From contig UQCS01000005.1 of assembly GCA_900539605.1 (NCBI GenBank), positions 10,564 through 74,563 of the forward strand: a DNA stretch of 64,000 bases, written 5' to 3'. A program made the translations under genes and the position numbers. Positions 10,336 through 19,088 of the stretch are shown here, one piece after another. The stretch comes from an uncultured Azospirillum sp. (GTDB lineage: Bacteria; Pseudomonadota; Alphaproteobacteria; RF32; CAG-239). Position 1 is the first letter of the stretch, and each line of letters opens with the position of its first letter. Below the pieces are notes generated by a model, which saw nothing but the letters and a program-made list of their open reading frames with translations, did not search any database and had not been told where the DNA came from.

Positions 10336-11000
10336 CCGGCAAACGAAGTCTGACCGTGCGCGTAAAAACGGCGAAATACCGCAAAAAATCGTCCAACCGC
10401 TGGTTAGAACGCCAGTTGAACGATCCCTACGTCAGCGAGGCCAAACGGTTGGGCTATCGTTCCCGTGCCGCTTTCAAACTGATTCAGCTGGATGAAAAAT
10501 TCCGCTTTCTCGGCAAGGGCAAGACAATTGTCGACTTGGGTTGTGCACCCGGCGGATGGACCCAAATTGCAGTGATGCGCAACAAAGGCAGCGGGCAAGT
10601 GGTCGGTTTGGATATTCTGCCGACAGAGCCGATTGCCGGTGCTACGTTGATTCAGCAGGATTTCACCGCCGAAGACGCTGCCGACAAATTGAAAAAACGA
10701 CTTGACGGCAAAGCCGATATCGTTATGAGCGATATGGCTGCCAACACCATCGGCCACCAACAGACCGATCATTTGCGTACCATTGCGTTGGTAGAACTGG
10801 CTTATGATTTTGCCAAGGACGTTTTGGCGGAGGGAGGTATTTTTATTGCTAAAGTATTTAAAGGTGGTGCCGAAGCCGGTTTTTTGGCTGAGATAAAAAA
10901 GAATTTTGCCAAAGTGTCTCATTGCAAACCCGATGCCAGCCGCAAAGCGTCGCCGGAGGAATATCTGGTGGCGATCGGCTTTCGCGGCGGCAACGATTAA
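10305..11000 (+). CDS. rlmE: 23S rRNA 2'-O-ribose U2552 methyltransferase RlmE/FtsJ
   Basis: Start reassigned to the ATG at 10305, with GGAG 8 nt upstream. WLERQLNDPYV, DLGCAPGGWTQ and DMAANTIG motifs. The upstream part of track ORF 10116 overlaps the ppx paralog. Confidence 0.9.
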   Translation: MVKTQSAKSVTGKRSLTVRVKTAKYRKKSSNRWLERQLNDPYVSEAKRLGYRSRAAFKLIQLDEKFRFLGKGKTIVDLGCAPGGWTQIAVMRNKGSGQVVGLDILPTEPIAGATLIQQDFTAEDAADKLKKRLDGKADIVMSDMAANTIGHQQTDHLRTIALVELAYDFAKDVLAEGGIFIAKVFKGGAEAGFLAEIKKNFAKVSHCKPDASRKASPEEYLVAIGFRGGND

Positions 11001-11011
11001 GGAAACACAAT

Positions 11012-12223
11012 ATGCAGACGGCAGCACGCTATAAGGCGGTTTTGGAATTGATGCAACTGGTATTTGCCGATCAAAGGCCGGCCGATCATATAATCAATGC
11101 TTATTTTCGCGAACGTCGGTTTATCGGTTCGGCAGATCGTCGTTTTATCAGCGAGACGATATGGGATGTGATCCGTCACCGCAGACGGCTGGCATTTGAT
11201 GCCGGCAGTGCCGATCCGCGGCAGATGTTGATTTTTTATCTGAAAAACACCGATTTGGCAGAAATCTTTTGCGGCGGTACTTACGGGATAGCGATGCTTA
11301 CCGAAGCGGAGCAAAAACAGTTGTTGGCGGCAGAAGACAAAGTTTATCCGCCGGCGGTGGAAGGAGAATGTCCCGACTGGTTGTTTGAACGGATCAATAA
11401 TCCGGAACTCCTAAAAGCCTTAAATCAACCTGCAGGCGCTGATTTGCGGATAAATCGCGGCAGCCGCGAAGAACTAATGCAACAGTTGCAAAAAGAGGGC
11501 TTTGAAGTGATGCCGACGCCGTATTCGCCGCTCGGTGTGCGTTCTCTTAAAAGGATAAATCTCAATAACTGCCTGGCATATCAGGAGGGCTTGCTTGAAG
11601 TTCAGGACGAGGCGTCGCAGTTGGCGGCGTTGCTTTGCGATGTTGGGCCCAATGATCGGACGATTGATTATTGTTGCGGTGCCGGCGGCAAATCGTTGGC
11701 AATTGCCGCGTTGTTAAACGGGCAAGGCATGATCGAAGCCCATGATATTGACATGCGCCGCCTCGAACAACTGAAACCGCGGATGCAACGGTTGGAAATT
11801 CGAAATATAAAACCGGTAGCAAAAGCGGAAGAACGGCCGGTTTATACACGTTTTATCATTGATGCGCCTTGTTCCGGCACCGGCACCTGGCGGCGTTCTC
11901 CCGATGCAAAATTCCGGCTCAATTCGTCACGGCTTGCCGAATTGAACCGTATTCAGGCGGAAATACTGGAAACGGCTTATCCTTTGACGGCGCCCGGCGG
12001 CCGTATCGTCTATATTACCTGTTCGATTTTGGCGGAAGAAAACGGCCTGATTGTCCAGAGCTTTATGGAACGTCATCCGGATATGGTGCCGGCAGGTTTG
12101 CCGCAAATTTGGCAGGCCAAAACCGGGCTTCCGTATCCGGGAACGGATGAACGTTGGCTTGAACTCAATCCCCTGTCTACCGGTACCGACGGCTTTTTTG
12201 TCTGTGTGATGGAAAAACGATAA
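11012..12223 (+). CDS. rsmB: RsmB/Sun-family 16S rRNA m5C methyltransferase
   Basis: Start reassigned to the ATG at 11012, with AAGGAAA upstream. NusB-like N-terminal region, DAPCSGTGTWRR and ITCS catalytic-Cys motifs. Confidence 0.85.
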   Translation: MQTAARYKAVLELMQLVFADQRPADHIINAYFRERRFIGSADRRFISETIWDVIRHRRRLAFDAGSADPRQMLIFYLKNTDLAEIFCGGTYGIAMLTEAEQKQLLAAEDKVYPPAVEGECPDWLFERINNPELLKALNQPAGADLRINRGSREELMQQLQKEGFEVMPTPYSPLGVRSLKRINLNNCLAYQEGLLEVQDEASQLAALLCDVGPNDRTIDYCCGAGGKSLAIAALLNGQGMIEAHDIDMRRLEQLKPRMQRLEIRNIKPVAKAEERPVYTRFIIDAPCSGTGTWRRSPDAKFRLNSSRLAELNRIQAEILETAYPLTAPGGRIVYITCSILAEENGLIVQSFMERHPDMVPAGLPQIWQAKTGLPYPGTDERWLELNPLSTGTDGFFVCVMEKR

Positions 12224-12341
12224 AAAGGGCTTGTCGAGCGATTAAAAAATTTATTTTTGTGAAAAATTCACAATTATGTTAAAAAAAGCTTGATTATTTT
12301 TTCAAACCGGGGTATTTCTCCACTGTCTTTATGATATTTGC

Positions 12342-12427
12342 GCGCCTGTGGCGAAATTGGTAAACGCGTAACGTTGAGGTCGTTATGAGCTCTGCTCTTG
12401 GAAGTTCAAGTCTTCTCAGGCGCACCA
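12342..12427 (+). tRNA. tRNA-Leu (anticodon GAG), class II with long variable arm, CCA encoded
   Basis: Cloverleaf folded by hand: acceptor GCGCCTG/CAGGCGC, anticodon stem TAACG/CGTTA with loop TTGAGGT, variable hairpin GAGC-TCT-GCTC, T-arm GGAAG-TTCAAGT-CTTCT, 3' ACCA. Close to the E. coli tRNA-Leu layout. Confidence 0.92.
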
Positions 12428-12465
12428 ATCATAAAAAATGAAATTCCGATCATAAAGAGGAGGTT

Positions 12466-13905
12466 GTGATGAAGAAAAAAACAAAAAAGCACCAGCCTTT
12501 CTCGAAAAACAAAAACTTCCGTCATAAACAACTCAAACAGCAAAAAAATGCCGCCGATTATCTCGGTTTGGGGCCGAAGTTTGTCAATTCGATTATCATC
12601 GGACTGAACGAAGATGACGATATCCATGTCAAAAAAATTGTCGAAGGGCTAGACGAGTATGATCTTGCCCGCCTGATTGAGGTTTTGGATCTGCACCACC
12701 GGATGAAATTGGTTCGGATTCTCGGCGACAAAATTGATCCGGCCGTTTTTCCCGAATTAAACGAGGTCGTTCAGGAACAGGTTCTCGAAAGTTTAAACGA
12801 AAATCAGATTGTTAAAATCGTCAACGAACTCGATTCTGACGATGCCGTCGAGATTTTGGAGAATATGAACGACGAGGAACAGGAACAGATTATCAATCGT
12901 CTTGATCCGGAACTGAAATATCAGGTCAAATCGTCGCTCAATTATCCCGAAGATTCTGCCGGGCGTATCATGTCGCGTGATTTTGTGAGTATTCCTGACA
13001 GCTGGACGGTCAAGGAAGCCAAGCAATATCTGCTCACCAACGAAGAACTTCCGGATGATTTCTATACCATTTTTCTGGTTGACGAAAAAACGCTTAAACC
13101 CACCGGAGAAATTGCCTTAGACAAGCTGCTGCGTGCCAAGGCCGACGAAAAACTCGACAATGTCATGGACGGCGAAATCGTCCCGGTTGACGTTTACACT
13201 GATCAGGAAGAAGTAGCGCATATGTTTCGCGAATACGGCTGGATGTCGGCCATGGTGGTTGACAATAAGGGGCGTTTGATCGGCGTTATCAATATTGACG
13301 ACGTGGTTGAGATTGTTCACGAAGAAACCAACGAAGACATGATGCTGCTGACTGGTGCTGAAAGTAATGACGTGTACCGTTCGGTCTTCAGTATCTTCAA
13401 ATCGCGTTCGATCTGGTTGGTGACCAACCTGTTTGCCACCATTATTGCCGCTTCGGTGGTGGGCGAGTTTCAGGATATCATTGCCCAATTGTCGATTTTG
13501 GCGGTTTTGATGCCGATTGTCGCCTCAATGGGCGGCACCACCGGTCAACAAACTTTGGCGGTGGTGGTTCGTTCGCTGGCCACCAAAGAGCTGACTTCGC
13601 GCAATGCATTGAGAATGATCGGCAAAGAGTTCATGGTCGGCTTGTGCAACGGCCTCTTGTTTGCATTGATGATCGGAATTGCCGTGCGCATTTGGTTTCC
13701 CAGTCAGGAAACAATCAGTTACATCATTGCGTTGGCCATGTTGTGCAATCTGACGGTTGCCAGTTTGGCCGGGATCCTGATTCCGCTGACGATCAATCGT
13801 TTTAAAATTGATCCCGCGATCTCTTCGGGTGTTTTTCTGATTGCCTGTACTGATTCCGGCGGTTATTTTATTTTCCTCGGCCTGGCAAAGCTGCTGTTGT
13901 TTTAA
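12466..13905 (+). CDS. mgtE: Magnesium transporter MgtE
   Basis: N-domain, CBS pair and C-terminal five-helix MgtE membrane domain. SD AGAGGAGG upstream. Start is either GTG 12466 or ATG 12469. Confidence 0.9.
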   Translation: MMKKKTKKHQPFSKNKNFRHKQLKQQKNAADYLGLGPKFVNSIIIGLNEDDDIHVKKIVEGLDEYDLARLIEVLDLHHRMKLVRILGDKIDPAVFPELNEVVQEQVLESLNENQIVKIVNELDSDDAVEILENMNDEEQEQIINRLDPELKYQVKSSLNYPEDSAGRIMSRDFVSIPDSWTVKEAKQYLLTNEELPDDFYTIFLVDEKTLKPTGEIALDKLLRAKADEKLDNVMDGEIVPVDVYTDQEEVAHMFREYGWMSAMVVDNKGRLIGVINIDDVVEIVHEETNEDMMLLTGAESNDVYRSVFSIFKSRSIWLVTNLFATIIAASVVGEFQDIIAQLSILAVLMPIVASMGGTTGQQTLAVVVRSLATKELTSRNALRMIGKEFMVGLCNGLLFALMIGIAVRIWFPSQETISYIIALAMLCNLTVASLAGILIPLTINRFKIDPAISSGVFLIACTDSGGYFIFLGLAKLLLF

Positions 13906-14000
13906 TTATTTATGCATAGTTTGTATTTAGCGCTTTTTTCCGGCGGAAATATTGTTATAATGCACCACGGTTAATAAAGTTTTTTTTACAGGAGACGGAT

Positions 14001-14483
14001 TTGTTTTTGGGAATTATCGTTGCGGTTACTGTTTTGGCAGCCGACCAGCTTTCAAAATTCTGGATTTTAAATCATGTTCTGGAGGGGCGCCCGTTTATTG
14101 AAATAACTTCTTTTTTCAACCTTGTCCAGGCCTGGAATACTGGTGTCAGTTTTTCGATGTTCAGCGGGTCGGGGGCGGTCGGCACGATTGTGCTGTGTCT
14201 GGTTGCGGCGGCAATCGTGGTTTCGCTTTTATGGTGGCTGTATAAAGAAAATGTCCACCTGATTCAAATCGGTCTCGGAATGATTATTGGCGGCGCGTTA
14301 GGCAATATTGTTGACCGGGTGCGTCTCGGCGCGGTCTTCGATTTTCTGGATTTTCACTTTGCCGGGCATCATTGGCCGGCTTTCAACCTCGCCGACAGTT
14401 TTATTTGTATCGGCGCGGTCATAATTATATTACAGAGTCTGTTTACACAGAACCCAAAAAACGCTAAGGAGCAAAACAAATGA
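14001..14483 (+). CDS. lspA: Lipoprotein signal peptidase (signal peptidase II)
   Basis: TTG start with GGAGA 5 nt upstream. Four TM helices and the conserved NTGVSFS and FNLADSFI motifs. Confidence 0.9.
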   Translation: MFLGIIVAVTVLAADQLSKFWILNHVLEGRPFIEITSFFNLVQAWNTGVSFSMFSGSGAVGTIVLCLVAAAIVVSLLWWLYKENVHLIQIGLGMIIGGALGNIVDRVRLGAVFDFLDFHFAGHHWPAFNLADSFICIGAVIIILQSLFTQNPKNAKEQNK

Positions 14484-14719
14484 ATAAAATATTCTGTCTG
14501 ATGGTTGCAACCGCATTGCTGGGCGCCTGCAATGCGACGAAAGAAGATCTTGGGCTGGATCGCAAAGTTCCCGATGCCTCCAAAGTCTCTGAACAAAAAC
14601 GGCTGATTTTACCTCCGAATTATGATCTTCGTCCGGTGGTGCCGATGACTCAGCCCGCTCTCAGTGCGGAAACCGGTCGCGAAATTGATGAGGAAATAAA
14701 AAATTTGGCAAATGAATAA
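14480..14719 (+). CDS. DUF3035-like small lipoprotein
   Basis: Lipobox LLGAC and a proline-rich tail. ATGA overlap with the lspA stop. The lspA-DUF3035 pairing is typical of Alphaproteobacteria (from memory). Confidence 0.75.
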   Translation: MNKIFCLMVATALLGACNATKEDLGLDRKVPDASKVSEQKRLILPPNYDLRPVVPMTQPALSAETGREIDEEIKNLANE

Positions 14720-16049
14720 AATATTTTTCGTCATCTGCCTGATTCTGTTCGGATCGGCCTTTTCTGCTCATGCCCGTTTGTTTAACATCAGCGAATATAC
14801 CTTGTCCAACGGCATTAAACTGCTTGTTGTCCCCAACCACAAAGCCCCGATCGTCAAACATATGGTATGGTATAACGTCGGGGCGGTTGACGAAAAACCG
14901 GGCAAGGGCGGTTCGGCCCATTTGCTGGAGCATCTGATGTTTCGCGGCACCAAGAACATTCCGGGTTCCGAGTTTAACCGCATTCTGCAGCAAAATGGTG
15001 CCGACAGCAATGCTTTTACCTCTCAGGATTTTACAGCGTATCATCAAAATTTGGATATCAGCCGTCTGGAGTTGGCGATGTATATGGAAGCCGATCGGAT
15101 GCAAAATCTTGAGTTCTCACCAATTGATTTTGAGACCGAACGAAATATTGTCTATCAGGAACGTAAGCAGGTGGTAGAAAACCAACCCTTGTCGGCTTTT
15201 TCGGAAAATATGCAGCACATCCTATGGCAGGATCATCCTTACGCCAACCCTGTTAGCGGTACCGAAACGGAAATTTTAAATCTTACTTCGGAGGATGTTA
15301 TGGATATCTACCGGCGCTATTATGCTCCCGGTAATGCGGTAGTGGTCCTTGCCGGTGATATTGAACCGGAAACGGCTTATCGGTTGGCGGAGAAATATTA
15401 TGGTAAAGTTCCGCCGCGCGACACCGGCAGCCGTATTGTTTTTCCCGATATGAACCCAACGCTTAAAAGCCGTTTGAACATGGAACTGCCGCGGGTCGAA
15501 CTGCCGCGGATTATCCGTCGCTATATGGCGGATTCGTATAATACCGATCCCGGGCGCATTTACGCGTTGGCGGTTCTTTCGCGTTATCTCGGCGAAGGCG
15601 ATACCTCGGCGTTATACAAAGAGCTGGTGATTCGTCGCGAACTGGCCCTGGATGTTTCCTCTTCTTATAACTATGCTTCCCGCAGTTACGGCAGCTTTAA
15701 CATTGCGGCAGTGCCGCAAAACGGCGTTTCGGTTGAAAAATTGCAACAGGCGTTGGATGAGGCTGTGGCTAACGCCGTTGATGAGATTGATGACAAAAAA
15801 ATTGCCAAGATCAAAAACAAAATGCTGGCCGGACTGATTTATCTTAAGGACAATCCGTTTGACGCCGCTTACATCGTCGGTTCGTTATATAGTATCGGCA
15901 TGAGTCGGGAAGATATTGAGAATTATGCCGATAATATTCGCAAGGTGAGCGCCGGTGACGTTCGCAAAGCTGCTCAACAACTGCTGAAAAATTATGCCGT
16001 TGCCGAAGGCGTGGTCAAACCGCAAAGCCGGGAGAAAGCGCATGATTAA
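14712..16049 (+). CDS. M16 (pitrilysin-family) zinc peptidase, active subunit
   Basis: Signal peptide and the inverted zinc motif HLLEH (HxxEH) followed by the downstream E. Confidence 0.88.
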   Translation: MNKIFFVICLILFGSAFSAHARLFNISEYTLSNGIKLLVVPNHKAPIVKHMVWYNVGAVDEKPGKGGSAHLLEHLMFRGTKNIPGSEFNRILQQNGADSNAFTSQDFTAYHQNLDISRLELAMYMEADRMQNLEFSPIDFETERNIVYQERKQVVENQPLSAFSENMQHILWQDHPYANPVSGTETEILNLTSEDVMDIYRRYYAPGNAVVVLAGDIEPETAYRLAEKYYGKVPPRDTGSRIVFPDMNPTLKSRLNMELPRVELPRIIRRYMADSYNTDPGRIYALAVLSRYLGEGDTSALYKELVIRRELALDVSSSYNYASRSYGSFNIAAVPQNGVSVEKLQQALDEAVANAVDEIDDKKIAKIKNKMLAGLIYLKDNPFDAAYIVGSLYSIGMSREDIENYADNIRKVSAGDVRKAAQQLLKNYAVAEGVVKPQSREKAHD

Positions 16050-17418
16050 AAAATATTTTTGGTTGTGGATACTTCTGGTTGCCGGGCTTGTTTTCGGCGG
16101 TATGATGTTTTCTAAATCTGTTTTTGATCCGGCAGCGCTGGTCAAAAATTCCGAACTGGGCGGCCGTCGTTTTTCTGTGCCGGTTACTGAAGTGGTGTCG
16201 CCGCAATACGGAATAAAAGCCTATTTGCTGGAAGACCGTTCCAATCCGATTATCAGCGTCAGTTTTATTTTTGCACATGCCGGACTTGGTGCCGAACCGG
16301 AAGGTCAGGCCGGCATTTCCAAGGTAAGCGCGGCAATGATCAGCGAAGCTGCCGGTGGTATGAATTCGCAGCAGTTTAAGGAAAAACTGGAAGACTATGC
16401 CATTTCGATCGGCTACAGTGCGGACAAAGATGATTTTTCGGGGCAATTGCTGACGATAAAGGAATTTGCGCCGGTCGCTTTTGAAATGCTGCGACAAACT
16501 TTGTTTGAGGCCCAACTTGATTCCGATGACCTGAAACGGATTAAAAGACAGATGCTGGCCATGTTAAAACGGCAGAACGAAAGCCCGGAAAACAAACTAA
16601 GTTTGATTGCCAACCGAGAGATTTTCGGCAATCACCCCTACGGACGTAATCCGTTGGGCCGCAAGGAAGACATTCAAAAAATAACGGCGCAGGATATTCG
16701 TGGCTTTGTTGCCGCCAATTTAGGACTTGGCAATCTGATTGTCGGTATTGCGGGCGATCTGAATCCCCAAGAGGCGGGCCGGATGCTGGATCAAATTTTT
16801 GGGGCGTTGCCGGAACAGGGAGCTGCTGACCGAGTGGCCGAAATCGTGCCCGATTTCGGCCTTGAGACGGTTAATGTCAATCAGGAATTAGCGCAAAGCG
16901 TTTCTTTTATTGCAGCAAAAGGAACCCGGCGTACCGCTGAAGACTTTTATCCCCTATATATTGCCAATTATATTCTCGGCGGTTCCGGATTAAATTCGCG
17001 TCTGAACTTATCGGCGCGGGAAAAAGAGGGCTTGACATACGGCATTTATACCGGGTTGTCGATTCCGGATAAAAGTGCTCTGATTGTCGGCGGTTTTTCT
17101 TCCATGCCACAAAATTTTGCCCGCGTAGCGGAAATCTTTAGCCGGGAATGGAAAAAAATGGGACAGGAAGGCGTTTCGGCGTCAGAATTAAAAGAAGCCC
17201 AAGACTATTTGATTGCTTCTTACAATCTTCGGTTTGCCGATATTACGGCTATTTCCGATATGCTGGTTTATATGCAAAAAACCGGATTAGGCATCGATTT
17301 TTTACAAAAACGAAATGATTATGTTGCCGCGGTAACGGCAGAACAGGTTAATCAGGCCGCAGCCCGTTATTTTACGCCTGAAAATCTGCGCATGATTAAC
17401 CTCGGAAAGTTTAATTAG
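16042..17418 (+). CDS. M16-family peptidase, non-catalytic partner subunit
   Basis: Start reassigned to the ATG at 16042, with GGGAGAAAG upstream and an 8-nt overlap with the preceding gene. M16 fold-like sequence without HxxEH. N-terminal TM or signal segment. Confidence 0.8.
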   Translation: MIKKYFWLWILLVAGLVFGGMMFSKSVFDPAALVKNSELGGRRFSVPVTEVVSPQYGIKAYLLEDRSNPIISVSFIFAHAGLGAEPEGQAGISKVSAAMISEAAGGMNSQQFKEKLEDYAISIGYSADKDDFSGQLLTIKEFAPVAFEMLRQTLFEAQLDSDDLKRIKRQMLAMLKRQNESPENKLSLIANREIFGNHPYGRNPLGRKEDIQKITAQDIRGFVAANLGLGNLIVGIAGDLNPQEAGRMLDQIFGALPEQGAADRVAEIVPDFGLETVNVNQELAQSVSFIAAKGTRRTAEDFYPLYIANYILGGSGLNSRLNLSAREKEGLTYGIYTGLSIPDKSALIVGGFSSMPQNFARVAEIFSREWKKMGQEGVSASELKEAQDYLIASYNLRFADITAISDMLVYMQKTGLGIDFLQKRNDYVAAVTAEQVNQAAARYFTPENLRMINLGKFN

Positions 17419-17433
17419 ACTAGGAGAAATAAA

Positions 17434-19074
17434 ATGGAAAAAAATCTAACAAAAACCAAGGCTTGGAAAAAACTGGCCCTCCATTATCGTTTTTTTAAAG
17501 ACGTAGAAATGAAAAATCTGTTTGCTTTGGATGCCCAGCGCGGTTCAAAATACACAATTCCGCTCGGACCGCTTCATCTCGACTACTCCAAAAACAGATT
17601 TAATGAAAAAACGATGCGTTATTTGCTGGATTTGGCAAACGAGGTTAAACTTCATGATAAAATAGAAGCGATGTTTACCGGTCAAAAAATCAATGTAACC
17701 GAAAACCGTGCGGTTTTGCATACGGCACTTCGCAACCGCCAGAATACGCCGGTATATGTCGACGGCAAAAATGTTATGCCGGATATTAATGCGGTGTTGG
17801 TCAAAATGAAGAAATTTACCGAAGCTGTCCGTTACGGCGAGTTTAAAGGTGCTACCGGAAAAAAACTTACCAACATTGTTAACATCGGTATCGGTGGCTC
17901 CGATCTCGGTCCTTACATGGCCACCGCGGCTTTGAAAGAATATTGGGCCAAAGATATTAAGTGCTATTTTATCTCCAACATTGACGGTTCTGCCTGCGAA
18001 GACGTCTTCAGCCAGGTTGATCCCGAAACCACTTTGTTTGTTGTAGTTTCCAAAACCTTTACCACTATCGAAACGCTGACCAACGCCAGAACCTGCCGCA
18101 AATGGCTGGTTGATGCACTGGGTGAATATGCGGTTGCCAAACATTTTGTTGCGGTGTCGACCAATACGGCCGAAGTTGAAAAATTCGGCATTAATCCGGA
18201 AAATATGTTTGAGTTCTGGGATTTTGTCGGCGGCCGTTACTCAATGTGGTCAGCGGTTGGTTTAACGATTGCGCTTGCGGTCGGTATGGATAATTTTGAA
18301 AAAATGCTGGATGGTGCCAACGAAATGGATCTGCATTTCCGCCATACGCCTTTTGAGCGCAACATTCCGGTTATTATGGCTTTGCTGGGGGTCTGGTACA
18401 ACAACTTTTTCGGTTTTCACCAGCAGGGCATTATTCCTTATGACCAGGATTTGCGCTATCTGCCCAACTACTTGCAACAGTTGGATATGGAAAGCAACGG
18501 GAAATCAACCAACAAGAACAACAAGTTTGTCAAATATGCCACCGGTCCGATTTTGTTCGGCGGTCCGGGGACCGATGTCCAGCATTCGTTTTTCCAGTTG
18601 ATCCATCAGGGAACATCGATCGTGCCGTTGGATCTGATTATTCCGGCAATTTCACATAACGAAATCGGTGATCATCACGAAATTTTGGTTGCGAACGCTC
18701 TCGCACAGGGCGAAGCTCTGATGTGCGGCAAAACGGTGGCCGAAGCGGCAATGGAGTTGTCCAAGGCCGGCAAAAACGCTGCTGAAATCAGCCGGTTGAA
18801 ACGATATAAATCCTTTACAGGCAATCGTCCGACCAACACCATTGTTATTAAAAAGGTTGATCCGTATACGCTTGGCATGCTGGTTGCGATGTATGAACAT
18901 AAAGTGTTTGTCGAAGGAGTAATTTGGGATATCAATTCGTTTGACCAGATGGGTGTCGAACTCGGCAAACAAATGGCTTTGAGCATCTTGCCCGAGTTGC
19001 AGGGCCATGCGTCGGGACTTCATGACAGTTCGACCCGCGGCCTGATTACTCTGATTAATAAAATTCGGAAATAA
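17434..19074 (+). CDS. pgi: Glucose-6-phosphate isomerase
   Basis: Length of 546 aa with the IGIGGSDLGP and DQMGVELGK signatures. Confidence 0.95.
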   Translation: MEKNLTKTKAWKKLALHYRFFKDVEMKNLFALDAQRGSKYTIPLGPLHLDYSKNRFNEKTMRYLLDLANEVKLHDKIEAMFTGQKINVTENRAVLHTALRNRQNTPVYVDGKNVMPDINAVLVKMKKFTEAVRYGEFKGATGKKLTNIVNIGIGGSDLGPYMATAALKEYWAKDIKCYFISNIDGSACEDVFSQVDPETTLFVVVSKTFTTIETLTNARTCRKWLVDALGEYAVAKHFVAVSTNTAEVEKFGINPENMFEFWDFVGGRYSMWSAVGLTIALAVGMDNFEKMLDGANEMDLHFRHTPFERNIPVIMALLGVWYNNFFGFHQQGIIPYDQDLRYLPNYLQQLDMESNGKSTNKNNKFVKYATGPILFGGPGTDVQHSFFQLIHQGTSIVPLDLIIPAISHNEIGDHHEILVANALAQGEALMCGKTVAEAAMELSKAGKNAAEISRLKRYKSFTGNRPTNTIVIKKVDPYTLGMLVAMYEHKVFVEGVIWDINSFDQMGVELGKQMALSILPELQGHASGLHDSSTRGLITLINKIRK

Positions 19075-19088
19075 GAAGGTGATTGCCC

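Noticed and set aside
12406-12627. 73-aa ORF on the - strand upstream of mgtE.
   Set aside because: It overlaps the tRNA-Leu gene and the mgtE 5' end, so it is an artefact.
14480-14730. Repeated gene start ATGAATAAAATATT (MNKIF) at 14480 and 14712.
   Set aside because: The identity is short (14 nt), AT-rich and confined to two signal-peptide starts. No wider repeat structure is present.
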